Source of the DNA: Bacteroidales bacterium
GTDB taxonomy: Bacteria > Bacteroidota > Bacteroidia > Bacteroidales > UBA932
Direction of reading: 5' to 3'
Assembly: GCA_012728975.1 (NCBI GenBank)
Contig: JAAYDZ010000027.1
Span: 81,553-145,552, forward strand
Length of the DNA stretch: 64,000 nt
This document shows positions 8,601 through 18,676 of this stretch, in pieces. The notes below the pieces were generated by a model that made no database searches, had not been told where the DNA came from, and was given only the letters and a program-made list of their open reading frames with translations. Position 1 is the stretch's first letter, and each line of letters begins with the position of its first letter. The translations under genes were made by a program, and so were the position numbers.

Positions 8601-9638
8601 TCAGGCGAGGTCTATACCGTGTTTATAACACTCAATTCGCATCGCTTCCGGCCAAATGCTGCTCTGGATTTCGCCTATATGGGCTTTTCTGAGCAGAAAC
8701 ATACAGAGGCGCGATTGACCTATACCGCCGCCTATGGTAAGGGGCAGTTCTCCGGAGAGTAACTTTCGGTGGAAATAAAGTTCCGACTTCCACTCCTCTT
8801 TCTTCAGAGCGAGTTGGTGACGTAGTGCCTCTGCATCCACTCTTATGCCCATAGAGGAAATTTCAAAGGCGCTTTCCAGTACCGGATTCCATAACAAAAG
8901 GTCACCATTGAGTCCCTGATACCCCTCCGAATTAGGGGTACTCCAGTCATCATAGTCGGAAGCCCTTGTGTCGTGTGGCTCCCCATCAGAGAGTTCTCCT
9001 CCGATGCCGATGATAAATACCGCCTTTTTCTCCTTACATATCGCATCTTCCCTCTCTTTCGGGGAAAAGTCGGGATACCTTTGCAGCAATTCTTCCGAAT
9101 GAATAAAGAAGATTTCCTCCGGTAATATTGGCTTAATCTGTGGAAAGTCCACATATATCTTATTTTCGGTCACTTTTATCGCCTCATAGATGCGGCGGAC
9201 AATCTTTTTGAGGAATTCCAGATTTCTTTCGGAACTCTCTATGACTCTTTCCCAGTCCCATTGATCTACGTAGATAGAGTGGATGTTGTCCAGTTCTTCG
9301 TCGGGGCGGATTGCGTTCATGTCGGTATATATACCGCTTCCGACAGGAGTTTTGAGGGTTGCCAGCTTCAGACGTTTCCATTTGGCCAGAGAATGCACTA
9401 CCTCGGCAGGGCAATCCTGCAGATCTTTTATGGGAAAGCTAACCGGGCGTTCAATTCCGTTGAGGTCATCATTGATGCCGGTTCCTTTCAACACTACCAT
9501 TGGTGCTGTAACACGCAGAAGCGAGAGTTGAGCGGAAAGGTTGAGCTGAAACATATCTTTGACCACTTTTATGGCCTTTTCAGTTCTGATGACCGTACCG
9601 AGGATATTGCTGTAACCGGCAGGAATATTGAGTAACAT
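8601..9638 (-). CDS. asnA: aspartate--ammonia ligase
   Basis: 345 aa with AsnA-type class II synthetase-like motifs (YVDQWDWE, GIGGGIGQSRLCMFLL). Confidence 0.9.
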   Translation of the reverse strand: MLLNIPAGYSNILGTVIRTEKAIKVVKDMFQLNLSAQLSLLRVTAPMVVLKGTGINDDLNGIERPVSFPIKDLQDCPAEVVHSLAKWKRLKLATLKTPVGSGIYTDMNAIRPDEELDNIHSIYVDQWDWERVIESSERNLEFLKKIVRRIYEAIKVTENKIYVDFPQIKPILPEEIFFIHSEELLQRYPDFSPKEREDAICKEKKAVFIIGIGGELSDGEPHDTRASDYDDWSTPNSEGYQGLNGDLLLWNPVLESAFEISSMGIRVDAEALRHQLALKKEEWKSELYFHRKLLSGELPLTIGGGIGQSRLCMFLLRKAHIGEIQSSIWPEAMRIECYKHGIDLA

Positions 9639-9702
9639 AGTCTGTATTTGATCTTTTTATGGTTCAAATCTATGCCAACTCTGACAATTATCCAAATATT
9701 TA

Positions 9703-9710
9703 TATCTTTG
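9703..9710 (+). promoter_or_regulatory. -7 promoter box TATCTTTG upstream of the first acyl-CoA ligase
   Basis: TAnnTTTG match lying 31 nt upstream of the ATG at 9742. Confidence 0.45.
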
Positions 9711-9741
9711 CCATTTAAATGAACCCCCGTTTCTGCATAGT

Positions 9742-11400
9742 ATGAGGAAAATTTCAAAAGAATTGAAGAGGTGGCACGAAAATAATATTGACACCCTCGG
9801 CACACTCTTCGGGTATTCAACCACGAAATATAGTAATAACAAACAGTCTCAGGTAATAGACGGGGAACTCTATTATACTTACGGTTCATTTAAAGAAAAG
9901 TGTGAGTCAATCTCAAATCAACTAAGTCAATACGGCATAGGAGCAGGTGACAAGGTGGCAATTCTTGCCCACAACACTCCTAACTGGACGGTAGCTTTCT
10001 TTGCCTGCGTACCATTTGGCCGCATTGTCGTACCCATCCTTGTTGATTCTTCAGAACATGAAGTGACCAATATCCTGCAACATTCCGAGAGTAAAGTGCT
10101 TTTTATCACCAGGAAACTCCTCTACAAACTCTCGCAGGAGGCTCTATCCGGGATGCGTCTGGTGGTGGATATTGATACTTTTGAGACTATACAAGCTGAT
10201 GATGAGGTGTTGACCTGTGACAGTAGAGTGGCAGTACCGAAGCCTGATGATATAGCTGCGATTATATACACCTCCGGCACTACAGGCAGTGCCAAGGGGG
10301 TGATGCTGAGCCACCGCAATTTTATAGCCAACATAAAGACCTGTTATTACACCCACAAGTGTACGGATAAGGATAGTTGTATATCAATCCTACCGATGGC
10401 CCATACATACGAACTTTCTCTCGGAGTGCTCTATCCGATCTATTGCGGCGCTACCGTCTATTATCTCTCCACACCGCCGGTACCCTCACTACTGATGGCT
10501 GCTATGCAAAAAATTCGTCCTACGGCGCTCCTCACCGTACCGTTGATTATTGAAAAAATCTACCGCAACAGCGTTCTGCCTGCCATTCGAAAGAGCAAGA
10601 TCCTCTCCTGGTTGAATGAGCATCACCACGGGCTTATGTGCCGAATTATAGGATGGAAGCTCAAAAAGAGTTTTGGTGGCAGGCTTAATTTATTTGGTGT
10701 TGGCGGTGCCAAGCTAGATACTACAGTCGAGGAGTTTCTCTGGAAAGCGCGCTTTCCCTATGCTATCGGCTACGGACTCACTGAGACCGCTCCTCTTATC
10801 GGCTACGCTATGGGTAAGGACAGATACCCCGGATCTATAGGATATCCCATATACGGAGTGGAAATGCGTCTGGACAATGTCAATCCCGAAACTGGTGAAG
10901 GGGAAATTGTAGTTAGGGGGGACAATGTGATGCTCGGCTATTATAAGGACCCTGAGCGCACAAAGGAGGCCTTTACTGAGGATGGTTGGTTCAAGACAAG
11001 TGATATCGCCTATATGGACAAGAAAGGGCGGTACTTTATCAAAGGTCGTGTTGGGAATATGATTGTCGGCCCTACGGGCGAAAATATCTATCCTGAAGAG
11101 ATAGAGAGTGTAATCAATGATATAGAAGGTGTAAACGAATCAATCATTGTTGAGCGTAAAGGTAAATTGGTGGCACTTATTCAGTTTAATGAGAATGTTA
11201 TTGACTGGGGGTGTGAAGGTGAGGCCGAATTTTATGAGACACTTGAAGCCATAAAAGATAAGGTGATGAACATTGTCAACAAAAAGGTCAGCAAGTACTC
11301 CAAAATAAACTATGTCGAGGTAATGAAAGAGCCGTTTGATAAGACCGCAACCAGGAAAATACGCAGATACAAGTATGAGGAGAATTTTGAAGATATTTAA
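9742..11400 (+). CDS. AMP-dependent synthetase / long-chain fatty acid--CoA ligase, paralog 1
   Basis: 552 aa with the AMP-binding motif IYTSGTTGSAKGV and the GYGLTE and TGD-type motifs. Confidence 0.9.
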   Translation: MRKISKELKRWHENNIDTLGTLFGYSTTKYSNNKQSQVIDGELYYTYGSFKEKCESISNQLSQYGIGAGDKVAILAHNTPNWTVAFFACVPFGRIVVPILVDSSEHEVTNILQHSESKVLFITRKLLYKLSQEALSGMRLVVDIDTFETIQADDEVLTCDSRVAVPKPDDIAAIIYTSGTTGSAKGVMLSHRNFIANIKTCYYTHKCTDKDSCISILPMAHTYELSLGVLYPIYCGATVYYLSTPPVPSLLMAAMQKIRPTALLTVPLIIEKIYRNSVLPAIRKSKILSWLNEHHHGLMCRIIGWKLKKSFGGRLNLFGVGGAKLDTTVEEFLWKARFPYAIGYGLTETAPLIGYAMGKDRYPGSIGYPIYGVEMRLDNVNPETGEGEIVVRGDNVMLGYYKDPERTKEAFTEDGWFKTSDIAYMDKKGRYFIKGRVGNMIVGPTGENIYPEEIESVINDIEGVNESIIVERKGKLVALIQFNENVIDWGCEGEAEFYETLEAIKDKVMNIVNKKVSKYSKINYVEVMKEPFDKTATRKIRRYKYEENFEDI

Positions 11401-11404
11401 GAGG

Positions 11405-13033
11405 ATGCGTGAAAATTATGTTGACACTCTCGGCAACCTCTATGAGTATTCAACAACGGTATATCGCGATAATAAACTATCTCAGGTGATTGATGGAGAT
11501 CTTTATTATACCTACGGTTCATTCAAAAAAAAGTGCGATTCTATATCAAAGAAACTTAGTCAGTATGGTATCGGAGCGGGCGACAAGGTGGCAATTCTTG
11601 CCAATAATACACCCAACTGGACGGTAGCTTTCTTTGCCTGCGTACCCTTCAGCCGCATTGTGGTCCCCATTCTTACTGACTCTTCAGAACATGAGGTAAC
11701 CAATATTCTGCAACATTCGGAGAGCAAGGTGCTCTTTATCTCAGGGAAACTCCTCCACAAACTCTCTCAGGAGGCTCTCTCCAGGATGCTGCTGGTTGTG
11801 AATATCGATACTTTCGAGACTATCAAAGCAGATGAGGAGGCATTTACCTGTGACGGTAGGGTAGCGGTGCCGATGCCCGATGATATAGCGGCCATTATAT
11901 ATACCTCCGGTACTACCGGCAGCGCAAAGGGTGTGGTCCTGAGCCACCGCAATTTTACATCAAATGTAATCTCCTGTTATCATTCTCACAGGTGTAATGA
12001 GAGGGATAGTTGTATTTCTATCTTACCGATGGCCCATACCTACGAACTCACTCTTGGAGTACTATATCCTATTTATTGCGGCGCAACCGTCTATTATCTC
12101 TCTACCCCGCCGGTACCTGCGCTCCTGGTGGCTGCTATGAAGAAAATTCGTCCAACGGCTCTTCTTACTGTACCGCTGATCATTGAGAAGATTTATCGTA
12201 ATAGCGTTTTGCCCACAATTCGAAAGAGTAAGACCCTATCCTGGTTGAATAAGCGTCACAATAAACTGATGTGCCGTATTATAGGGTGGAAACTCAAAAA
12301 GAGTTTCGGCGGCAGGCTCAATTTTTTTGGTGTAGGCGGTGCCAAACTCGATACAACAGTTGAGGAGTTCCTTTGGAAGGCGCACTTTCCCTATGCTATC
12401 GGCTACGGACTCACCGAGGCTTCTCCTTTGCTCACCCATGCCGTTGGTAAACAAAGATACCCGGGCTCCATAGGATATCCGGTCCATGGGGTGGAAATGC
12501 GTCTGGATAATGTCAATCCTGAGACAGGGGAGGGGGAAATTGTGGCCAGGGGGGACAATGTGATGCTCGGCTATTACAAGGATCCCAAACGTACTAAGGA
12601 GGCCTTTACTGAGGATGGTTGGTTGAAGACCAAAGATGTGGCTTCAATGGATAAGAAAGGTCGCTACTATATCAGAGGGCGACTTGGTAATATGATTGTC
12701 GGCCCTTCGGGCGAAAATATCTATCCGGAAGAAATCGAGAGCGTAATCAACGATATTGAAGGTGTGAATGAATGCATAATCATTCAGCGTAAAGGTAAAT
12801 TGGTGGCACTTGTACAGTTCAATGAAAACATCATCGACTGGGATAGTGAAGGTGAGGCTGAATTTTACGAGAAACTCGAAGCCAGAAAAGCAGCAATAAT
12901 GAATATTGTCAACAAAAAAGTAAGCAAGACCTCCAAAATCAACGATGTTGAGGTAATGAAAGAACCCTTTGATAAGACGGCAACCAGGAAAATACGTAGA
13001 TTTAAGTATAAAGAGGAAAAAGAGGAAGAGTAG
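11405..13033 (+). CDS. AMP-dependent synthetase / long-chain fatty acid--CoA ligase, paralog 2 (tandem duplicate)
   Basis: The start is taken at MRENYVDTLG (ATG 11405), which aligns with residue 12 onward of paralog 1. The ORF-track start at 11336 overlaps the paralog 1 C-terminus. The two align collinearly along the whole length with most residues identical by eye. Confidence 0.9.
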   Translation: MRENYVDTLGNLYEYSTTVYRDNKLSQVIDGDLYYTYGSFKKKCDSISKKLSQYGIGAGDKVAILANNTPNWTVAFFACVPFSRIVVPILTDSSEHEVTNILQHSESKVLFISGKLLHKLSQEALSRMLLVVNIDTFETIKADEEAFTCDGRVAVPMPDDIAAIIYTSGTTGSAKGVVLSHRNFTSNVISCYHSHRCNERDSCISILPMAHTYELTLGVLYPIYCGATVYYLSTPPVPALLVAAMKKIRPTALLTVPLIIEKIYRNSVLPTIRKSKTLSWLNKRHNKLMCRIIGWKLKKSFGGRLNFFGVGGAKLDTTVEEFLWKAHFPYAIGYGLTEASPLLTHAVGKQRYPGSIGYPVHGVEMRLDNVNPETGEGEIVARGDNVMLGYYKDPKRTKEAFTEDGWLKTKDVASMDKKGRYYIRGRLGNMIVGPSGENIYPEEIESVINDIEGVNECIIIQRKGKLVALVQFNENIIDWDSEGEAEFYEKLEARKAAIMNIVNKKVSKTSKINDVEVMKEPFDKTATRKIRRFKYKEEKEEE

Positions 13034-13061
13034 ATGCAACCTTTTGCTTTTTTTTGCATCT
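13032..13061 (+). terminator. possible terminator hairpin after ligase paralog 2
   Basis: The stem agatgcaa (13032-13039) pairs with ttgcatct (13054-13061) around a T-rich loop. No clean downstream T-tract follows. Confidence 0.35.
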
Positions 13062-13102
13062 AATATATAGATAGTTCTTTGATATCTGCTGATGTCACAT
13101 AT

Positions 13103-13496
13103 GGGGATGTCTGGTTTTGACAGCATATGATGACGGATGGCAAGCATGCCGAGCTTCGTGACCTGGCTCGTTAATCTCAGATCTCAAGCCATTAACTGGC
13201 AATAACAACTATGCACTCGCTGCGTAATCTAGACTAAGTCAGATTCCTTAATCGAGCCGGCCAGGCCGGTATCGACGAGTATCCCGCCGGACTTTAAGCG
13301 GACTATGTTCGGTAAACGGGGTATCATCCAAGTTCGCTGCACGCGACTACTCCTCTACATCGCGTTAAGAAACCGAGGATAAGGAGGCGGTGGCAGGCCT
13401 GCAAGCAGTCTCCTCCCGACAATCAACAGCAGGATAAGCATGTAGAAAACCCTCTGGCGCTATGTTTGGACGGCGGTTCGACTCCGCCCATCTCCA
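13103..13496 (+). ncRNA. ssrA: tmRNA (transfer-messenger RNA)
   Basis: The 5' GGGGATGTCTGGTTTTGACAGC pairs with the 3' CATCTCC acceptor stem. The T-arm is GGCGGTTCGACTCCGCC. The tag reading frame ggc aat aac aac tat gca ctc gct gcg taa (13198-13227) encodes GNNNYALAA. The terminal CCA is not fully encoded (ACA follows the stem). Confidence 0.95.
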
Positions 13497-13522
13497 CAAA
13501 GTTGTTTTAGGTGAAAAAATTG

Positions 13523-13566
13523 ACGCAGAACTTTACGCTGAAAGGCGTGGGGTTCTGCGTTTTTTC
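13523..13566 (+). terminator. intrinsic terminator of ssrA
   Basis: The stem acgcagaac (13523-13531) pairs with gttctgcgt (13552-13560) and is followed by TTTTT (13561-13565). Confidence 0.8.
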
Positions 13567-13627
13567 GTGGTACGTGTTGCGAGTTAAGTAGTGCGAGTTA
13601 GGGGTTATAGCGTGTTAGGGTAGGAGG
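13567..13627 (+). repeat. G/T-rich word repeat, copy B
   Basis: gtggtacgtgttgcgagttaagtagtgcgagttaggggttatagcgtgttagggtaggagg lies immediately after the ssrA terminator. Confidence 0.6.
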
Positions 13628-13697
13628 ATGATAGTAGTGCTCCAAGAACTGTTACAATCTCAATCGTTTAGGTTGCTGATAAGGTAATAATTTTACT

Positions 13698-13705
13698 TAT
13701 CTTTG
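13698..13705 (+). promoter_or_regulatory. -7 promoter box TATCTTTG upstream of the GLPGLI gene
   Basis: TAnnTTTG match lying 74 nt upstream of the ATG at 13780. Confidence 0.4.
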
Positions 13706-13779
13706 CTTACAAAACAAGTTTCTGGTGATGAAATAGTTGAAGTATATGGCATAAGAAACTTATTATTTGGAATAATATT

Positions 13780-14607
13780 ATGATCAATGTATTTAATAAA
13801 ATGGCTTTTGCCTGTTTACTCTTATCGGTTCAGATTGGAGTATTTGCTCAAAAAAATGTTATTCTCGAGCCTGCTATTATAGAGTGTCGTTATCTTGATA
13901 GATCGATGAAGGATACACTGACCGGTCAAATAGAGGCTGATACAATGATATTACGCATAGGGCGAAATGTTTCCTGTTTTTACAGTAAGGACGTTCTGTT
14001 TAGCGATTCCTTAAAGCGGACACCTAATGGAACCACTAAATGGATAAACCTTATGGGTCAATACGCGAGAGAAGGTCGTAGTCGAGATCTGCTCTGTAAT
14101 GATAGTGACTATTATTATTTAGATTATCCTGAACAGGGTCAGATAACAGTGAGGACAAAAGTTAACAATAAAGGGGTTGAATATACGGAGGAACGAGAAA
14201 CTCTTCAATGGGAGTTCCGAGATTCCGTTAAGACTGTACTAGGGTTTGAGTGCTATTTGGCTGAGGCGAATTTTCGTGGCAGAAAATGGCTAGCTTGGTA
14301 CACACTTGAAGTTCCTGTTTCACAAGGACCTTGGAAACTATGGGGGTTGCCTGGCTTGATCTGCGAGGCTTATGAAGATCAAGGTCAATACAGCTATTCG
14401 TTAGTCTCATTCACTCCCAATCCGGGTGGGGATATTATGTTGTATAATTTGTTTAAGTCATACGAAAAGAAGAGCCGTTTTGAGGTATTTGAGGCCCTTG
14501 TACGGCACCGGGAGTTAATGATAGAAGATGCGCGTCAGAGCGGAAACTCTTGGATGATAGGACATGGACGCTCCCCTGGGCGTAAAGAATTGGATTGGAT
14601 GCGATAA
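13780..14607 (+). CDS. GLPGLI family protein
   Basis: 275 aa with a signal peptide and the diagnostic WGLPGLI motif (PWKLWGLPGLICEAYE). Confidence 0.85.
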   Translation: MINVFNKMAFACLLLSVQIGVFAQKNVILEPAIIECRYLDRSMKDTLTGQIEADTMILRIGRNVSCFYSKDVLFSDSLKRTPNGTTKWINLMGQYAREGRSRDLLCNDSDYYYLDYPEQGQITVRTKVNNKGVEYTEERETLQWEFRDSVKTVLGFECYLAEANFRGRKWLAWYTLEVPVSQGPWKLWGLPGLICEAYEDQGQYSYSLVSFTPNPGGDIMLYNLFKSYEKKSRFEVFEALVRHRELMIEDARQSGNSWMIGHGRSPGRKELDWMR

Positions 14608-14618
14608 TATAAATCACC

Positions 14619-17237
14619 ATGCTAAAGATTCGCCTGTTTCTGATACTTGTTGCCTTGTTTTACTTGGCAACAGCCTCTGCCCAGAGCGTAATCTCAGGTA
14701 CAGTAAGGTATGCTGAGGAAGGTGGGGGACCTGCAGCCGGCATAGGCGTAATGATGATGTCCGTCGACGGGAAATCTATGTTGGGCTTCCAGAACTCAGA
14801 CTCGGAAGGTGCGTTCTCACTAACGTATCGTGGCAATGCTGACTCACTGCTGATACGCTGCCACGCGCTTGACATTAAGCCCCTGGAACGGCGGATTGCA
14901 GCAAGAACGCAGCAGTTGCAGCTTGTAGTTGAGTCTGCACCATTATCCATAGCGGAGGCGCGTATTAAAGAACCTCCGATGCGACAGCGAGGAGATACGC
15001 TTATTTATACTGTGGCACAATACCTCGATAGCACCGATCGGGCAATTGCCGATGTGCTAAAGAAGATGCCGGGCATCTACGTGGAAAAGAGTGGCAAGGT
15101 CTCTTACAATGGCAAGGAAATTATCCGTTTCTATATAGAGGGGATGGATATGCTTGGCCGTAACTATGGTGTAGCAACAAACAATATTAAAGCATCGGAT
15201 ATAGCCTCGGTAGAGGTATATGAGCGTCACCAGCCTATACGGGCACTCGAATCACTGGAACGTCCCGACCAGGCGGCACTTAATCTGAAGCTGAAAGAGT
15301 CAGCTCGCGGAGCCTGGACGACAACCCTTCAACTGGGAGGAGGATACAAGCCTTGGATGTGGAATGCAGAGGCAGTGGCTATGTATTTTACCAGAAAAGT
15401 TCAGACAATGCTCACTTACAAAACCAACAACGAGGGAGACGATGTGGTGATCTCTGAACTGATTTCGTTTGAAATACCACTAATTGAAGGTGCTGCGTCA
15501 CTGTTGAACTTGCGCATACCCTCAGAGCCGCCGGTTGATCGTTCGCGCTATCTTATGAATAATGTCCATGCGGTCTCGACCAATGTACTAACACGCCTTC
15601 GTCCTACCATTGATCTTTCTGCGCGGGCATCATATATCCACGATCGTCAGACTGCTGAAGGTAGTTCGCTGACCCGTTATTATTTCCTGCAGGAGCAACC
15701 GGTGGATGTTGAGGAACTCATCTCCTCACAAATTCGTACAGATCAAGCTGAAGTTTCGATACGACTCGTGAATAATAGTGCAACTCACTATCTAGACGAG
15801 CGGCTGAACATTACGGGACGGCTGTACGACGCCAACGGCACGGTAGGGAGCATCAATCAAAATCTATATCGTCCGGCCTTTTCTATTGAGAATCGTTTCT
15901 CTGATATGATTCGAAAGAACGAACGGATTTATTCCGTCAATTCCAATACTTCCTATACGGAGGGGAGCGCCACGCTTAAAGTCTCGCCGCTGCCTTTCAA
16001 TGACCTGGCCACTGAATTTGCTCCTAATGCCGTACAACAACTTTACACGCGGCGGCTCGATAGCCAAAATAATCTTCGCTGGTCACAAAACATAGGTTAT
16101 TGGCAGATGATGGTACGGGCCTATTTCAATGCTCGGATCGAAAACATGGAGTCAACCTTTTTACTCGCTGATAGTGAATTCTATACTTTTCCTGCTGTAG
16201 ATTCGATGACCAATGACGTATCGCTCCGTCGTTTCGATGTAATTCTGGCACCCCGCTTCGAGTATAACTCCGGTGAACGGATTAAAATTTCCCTCGATTT
16301 GCCTCTCGACGTCCGATTCACTAGCTATGCAGATGAGGATGAACATCGTTTCCATTTTCTACCGAGACTCTCTCTTTCGGGAGATATCGCTGGAGGTCTG
16401 CGCTACAACCTTGATGCACGTCTCACCTCCGGTGTGGGAGGTGTAAATAGTCTCTATATGGGCTATCTGATGACGAATTATCGCAGCATCGGTCGTCGCA
16501 GCGGACAACTCCTGCATAGTTCAGGTAAGACTGCTACCGTCGGTCTTGAATACAAGAATCCATGGATTGGGATGATTACATTATTGCGTGGCACTTGGTC
16601 GCGTAATGAACAGGACTTGTTGATGGGCTCAGTCATCGAGGGTATATTGGTACGACAAGAGAGTCTGCCAATTGCACACCATTCCGATCGCTACGGTTTT
16701 GAACTGTCATACAGTCAACGTATAAGCGTACTGGCCACGACTCTGGGCATTGCGCTGAACCGTACATGGCAACAAGCCCAGATCCTACGGCAAGAGCAAC
16801 TTATACCCTCGCTCCGTGGCTTATGGCAAGGAAGGCTTACCGCTACGACTCGACTTTCCGATAAGGCACAGATATTTTATCGGGGGAGTGGTTCACTAGT
16901 AACGAGCCGAATGTCCGGAGGAGAGGATATTTCACGCTACACCTATTTGCAACAGAGTCTTTCCGGCCAGTTCGTGCTTGGCCGCGGCTTCCGTCTGGAC
17001 GGCTCCGTTGAACATTACTTCAACGACGCCGTCTCAGGCAGTCACCGCCATTTGGTCTTTGCAGACCTATCCTTTGGCTGGCTCCATAAACGCATGGAAT
17101 TCCGCCTCGAAGCTCGTAATCTATTCAACCACAAAACATTTAACTATATCAGCAGTAACAACCTCATTGATATATCAACTATGAGCCCTCTTCGCGGCGC
17201 TTCAGTGGTGTTGAAGGTGCGATTTAGTATTCTTTAA
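14619..17237 (+). CDS. TonB-dependent-receptor-like outer membrane protein with N-terminal carboxypeptidase-regulatory-like domain
   Basis: 872 aa with a signal peptide, an N-terminal VISGTVRY...G CarboxypepD_reg-like segment, a plug-like region (GDTLIYTV...KKMPGIYVE) and a long beta-rich remainder. It starts 11 nt after the GLPGLI gene. Confidence 0.75.
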   Translation: MLKIRLFLILVALFYLATASAQSVISGTVRYAEEGGGPAAGIGVMMMSVDGKSMLGFQNSDSEGAFSLTYRGNADSLLIRCHALDIKPLERRIAARTQQLQLVVESAPLSIAEARIKEPPMRQRGDTLIYTVAQYLDSTDRAIADVLKKMPGIYVEKSGKVSYNGKEIIRFYIEGMDMLGRNYGVATNNIKASDIASVEVYERHQPIRALESLERPDQAALNLKLKESARGAWTTTLQLGGGYKPWMWNAEAVAMYFTRKVQTMLTYKTNNEGDDVVISELISFEIPLIEGAASLLNLRIPSEPPVDRSRYLMNNVHAVSTNVLTRLRPTIDLSARASYIHDRQTAEGSSLTRYYFLQEQPVDVEELISSQIRTDQAEVSIRLVNNSATHYLDERLNITGRLYDANGTVGSINQNLYRPAFSIENRFSDMIRKNERIYSVNSNTSYTEGSATLKVSPLPFNDLATEFAPNAVQQLYTRRLDSQNNLRWSQNIGYWQMMVRAYFNARIENMESTFLLADSEFYTFPAVDSMTNDVSLRRFDVILAPRFEYNSGERIKISLDLPLDVRFTSYADEDEHRFHFLPRLSLSGDIAGGLRYNLDARLTSGVGGVNSLYMGYLMTNYRSIGRRSGQLLHSSGKTATVGLEYKNPWIGMITLLRGTWSRNEQDLLMGSVIEGILVRQESLPIAHHSDRYGFELSYSQRISVLATTLGIALNRTWQQAQILRQEQLIPSLRGLWQGRLTATTRLSDKAQIFYRGSGSLVTSRMSGGEDISRYTYLQQSLSGQFVLGRGFRLDGSVEHYFNDAVSGSHRHLVFADLSFGWLHKRMEFRLEARNLFNHKTFNYISSNNLIDISTMSPLRGASVVLKVRFSIL

Positions 17238-17318
17238 AAAGAATACTTTTGAAACTATCTTTATTTTTCACGGATGAACTAAGTTGGCCCGCCATTTTAG
17301 ACAGATACTATTTATCCT

Positions 17319-18248
17319 CTAAAGAAAAAACAGCGACACTCCCGCGATACTGATGATGGCGCCAACAACCTCTATAACTTTCACTTTTTGCTTAAAAATC
17401 AGGTAAGATGGTAGAATAATGAGAACCGGTGTCAGCGCCATAATGGTAGAAGCTATTCCGGCGTTGGTGTATTGCACTGCCATCAGCGAGAGAGACACAC
17501 CGATAAAGGGTCCGGTAATGGTTACAAGGGTGGCATAAAGCATTCCACGGCGATCATTTAGGGCATGGACAAGCTTTGGACCTTCCTTCCTAATCAGAAG
17601 GATTAATATAAATCCAATGGCACCCATAACAGCTCTTATAAAGGTCGAGGCGAAGGGAATCATTGTGCTCACTGTAGTGGCATTCTCAGGGATTGCAGCA
17701 TGATAGTGGCCCATACCTACCTTACTCAGTACCAGCCCCACTCCTTGACCAACTCCTGCGCCTATTCCCAGCAAAACTCCTTTTATAGGAAGTTTAAAAG
17801 CCATTTTGTGCCTCTGACCCTTACTGAGGATAGACATAGCGATGCCAGAGAGAGTTACAATCATACCCAGCAGACCTTTCCAGGAAATGGTCTCTCCGAG
17901 TAACGCCCAGCTCGTGATAGCCGCCACCGGAGGAGCCAGAGTCATAAAGAGCTGTCCGAGACGCGCTCCGATTATCAGATAGGAATTAAATAGGCACCAG
18001 TCGCCAAACACATAGCCTACGAGTCCAGAAAGAAGCAGCCAAAGCCAGGTTTGGCCATCCGCAAAGCTCGGCCAGGGTGCTCCGGTCACTATCCAAAGTG
18101 TTGCACCGAGCATTAGCAGTGACAAAACCATTCTTATGATATTAAGCTGTAACGACCCTATACGCTTTGTGCCGATCTCGGCAAAAAGTGCAGTCGCCGT
18201 CCAGCTAATAGCCACCGCCAATGATATGAGTTCTCCGGTGTATCCCAT
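17319..18248 (-). CDS. DMT (EamA) family transporter
   Basis: Ten-TM-like hydrophobic profile and duplicated EamA-type halves. The start is taken at the ATG (18246-18248) because the TTG at 18260 falls inside the -7 box. Confidence 0.8.
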   Translation of the reverse strand: MGYTGELISLAVAISWTATALFAEIGTKRIGSLQLNIIRMVLSLLMLGATLWIVTGAPWPSFADGQTWLWLLLSGLVGYVFGDWCLFNSYLIIGARLGQLFMTLAPPVAAITSWALLGETISWKGLLGMIVTLSGIAMSILSKGQRHKMAFKLPIKGVLLGIGAGVGQGVGLVLSKVGMGHYHAAIPENATTVSTMIPFASTFIRAVMGAIGFILILLIRKEGPKLVHALNDRRGMLYATLVTITGPFIGVSLSLMAVQYTNAGIASTIMALTPVLIILPSYLIFKQKVKVIEVVGAIISIAGVSLFFL

Positions 18249-18257
18249 AATAAGCGG

Positions 18258-18265
18258 CAAAGATA
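18258..18265 (-). promoter_or_regulatory. -7 promoter box (the reverse complement is TATCTTTG) for the DMT transporter
   Basis: The plus strand reads caaagata, 9 nt upstream of the ATG at 18248. Confidence 0.4.
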
Positions 18266-18274
18266 GTTATTTTT

Positions 18275-18338
18275 AGTTTTGAGTGGGGAGTTGGGAGGAA
18301 GTCGTTGGTACGAGGTTCAATAGGGAGTTATTAGTTGG
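18275..18338 (+). repeat. G/T-rich word repeat, copy E, at the left edge of the AT-rich island
   Basis: agttttgagtggggagttgggaggaagtcgttggtacgaggttcaatagggagttattagttgg. Confidence 0.5.
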
Positions 18339-18676
18339 ACAAGGACCGTCATACCTTTACGGCAGTTAAAAGATGAATCGCTTTTACTGATAAATTTAAT
18401 TGTAGCTGACTAATGCCAATGAAGACTTGAAAAAAGGGAGCTAATTGTGTACTCTGGCGTGGTTATCAAGCATAATTGGTCTGAAATATTATGATAAATA
18501 ATACTAATTTTGAGATTATGCGAACCAAGCACTATTTTCCTAATGTTGTTTTTGAGGTATGGTCCAATTTTTTTGTTAAGTTTGTTCGTTCGATTGACGA
18601 AATTCAGCGAAAAAAGTGTATCTTTTCAATGTTCAGTAGTACGTCTGGCCGAACTACAAACAGTTTATTTGATAAT

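Noticed and set aside
11336-11404. N-terminal extension of acyl-CoA ligase paralog 2.
   Set aside because: It overlaps the C-terminus of paralog 1 in another frame. The alignment with paralog 1 starts at MRENYVD (11405).
12644-13147. 167-aa minus-strand ORF spanning the ligase 3' end and the tmRNA 5' end.
   Set aside because: It is antisense to a conserved CDS and overlaps ssrA. I saw no supporting signals.
13585-13627. Telomere-like TTAGGG(G) words and G-runs (gagttaggggtta...gttagggtaggagg) as a G-quadruplex or telomeric motif.
   Set aside because: There are only two TTAGGG-like words, and the G-runs are short and irregular. This is better explained as part of the general G/T word-repeat family.
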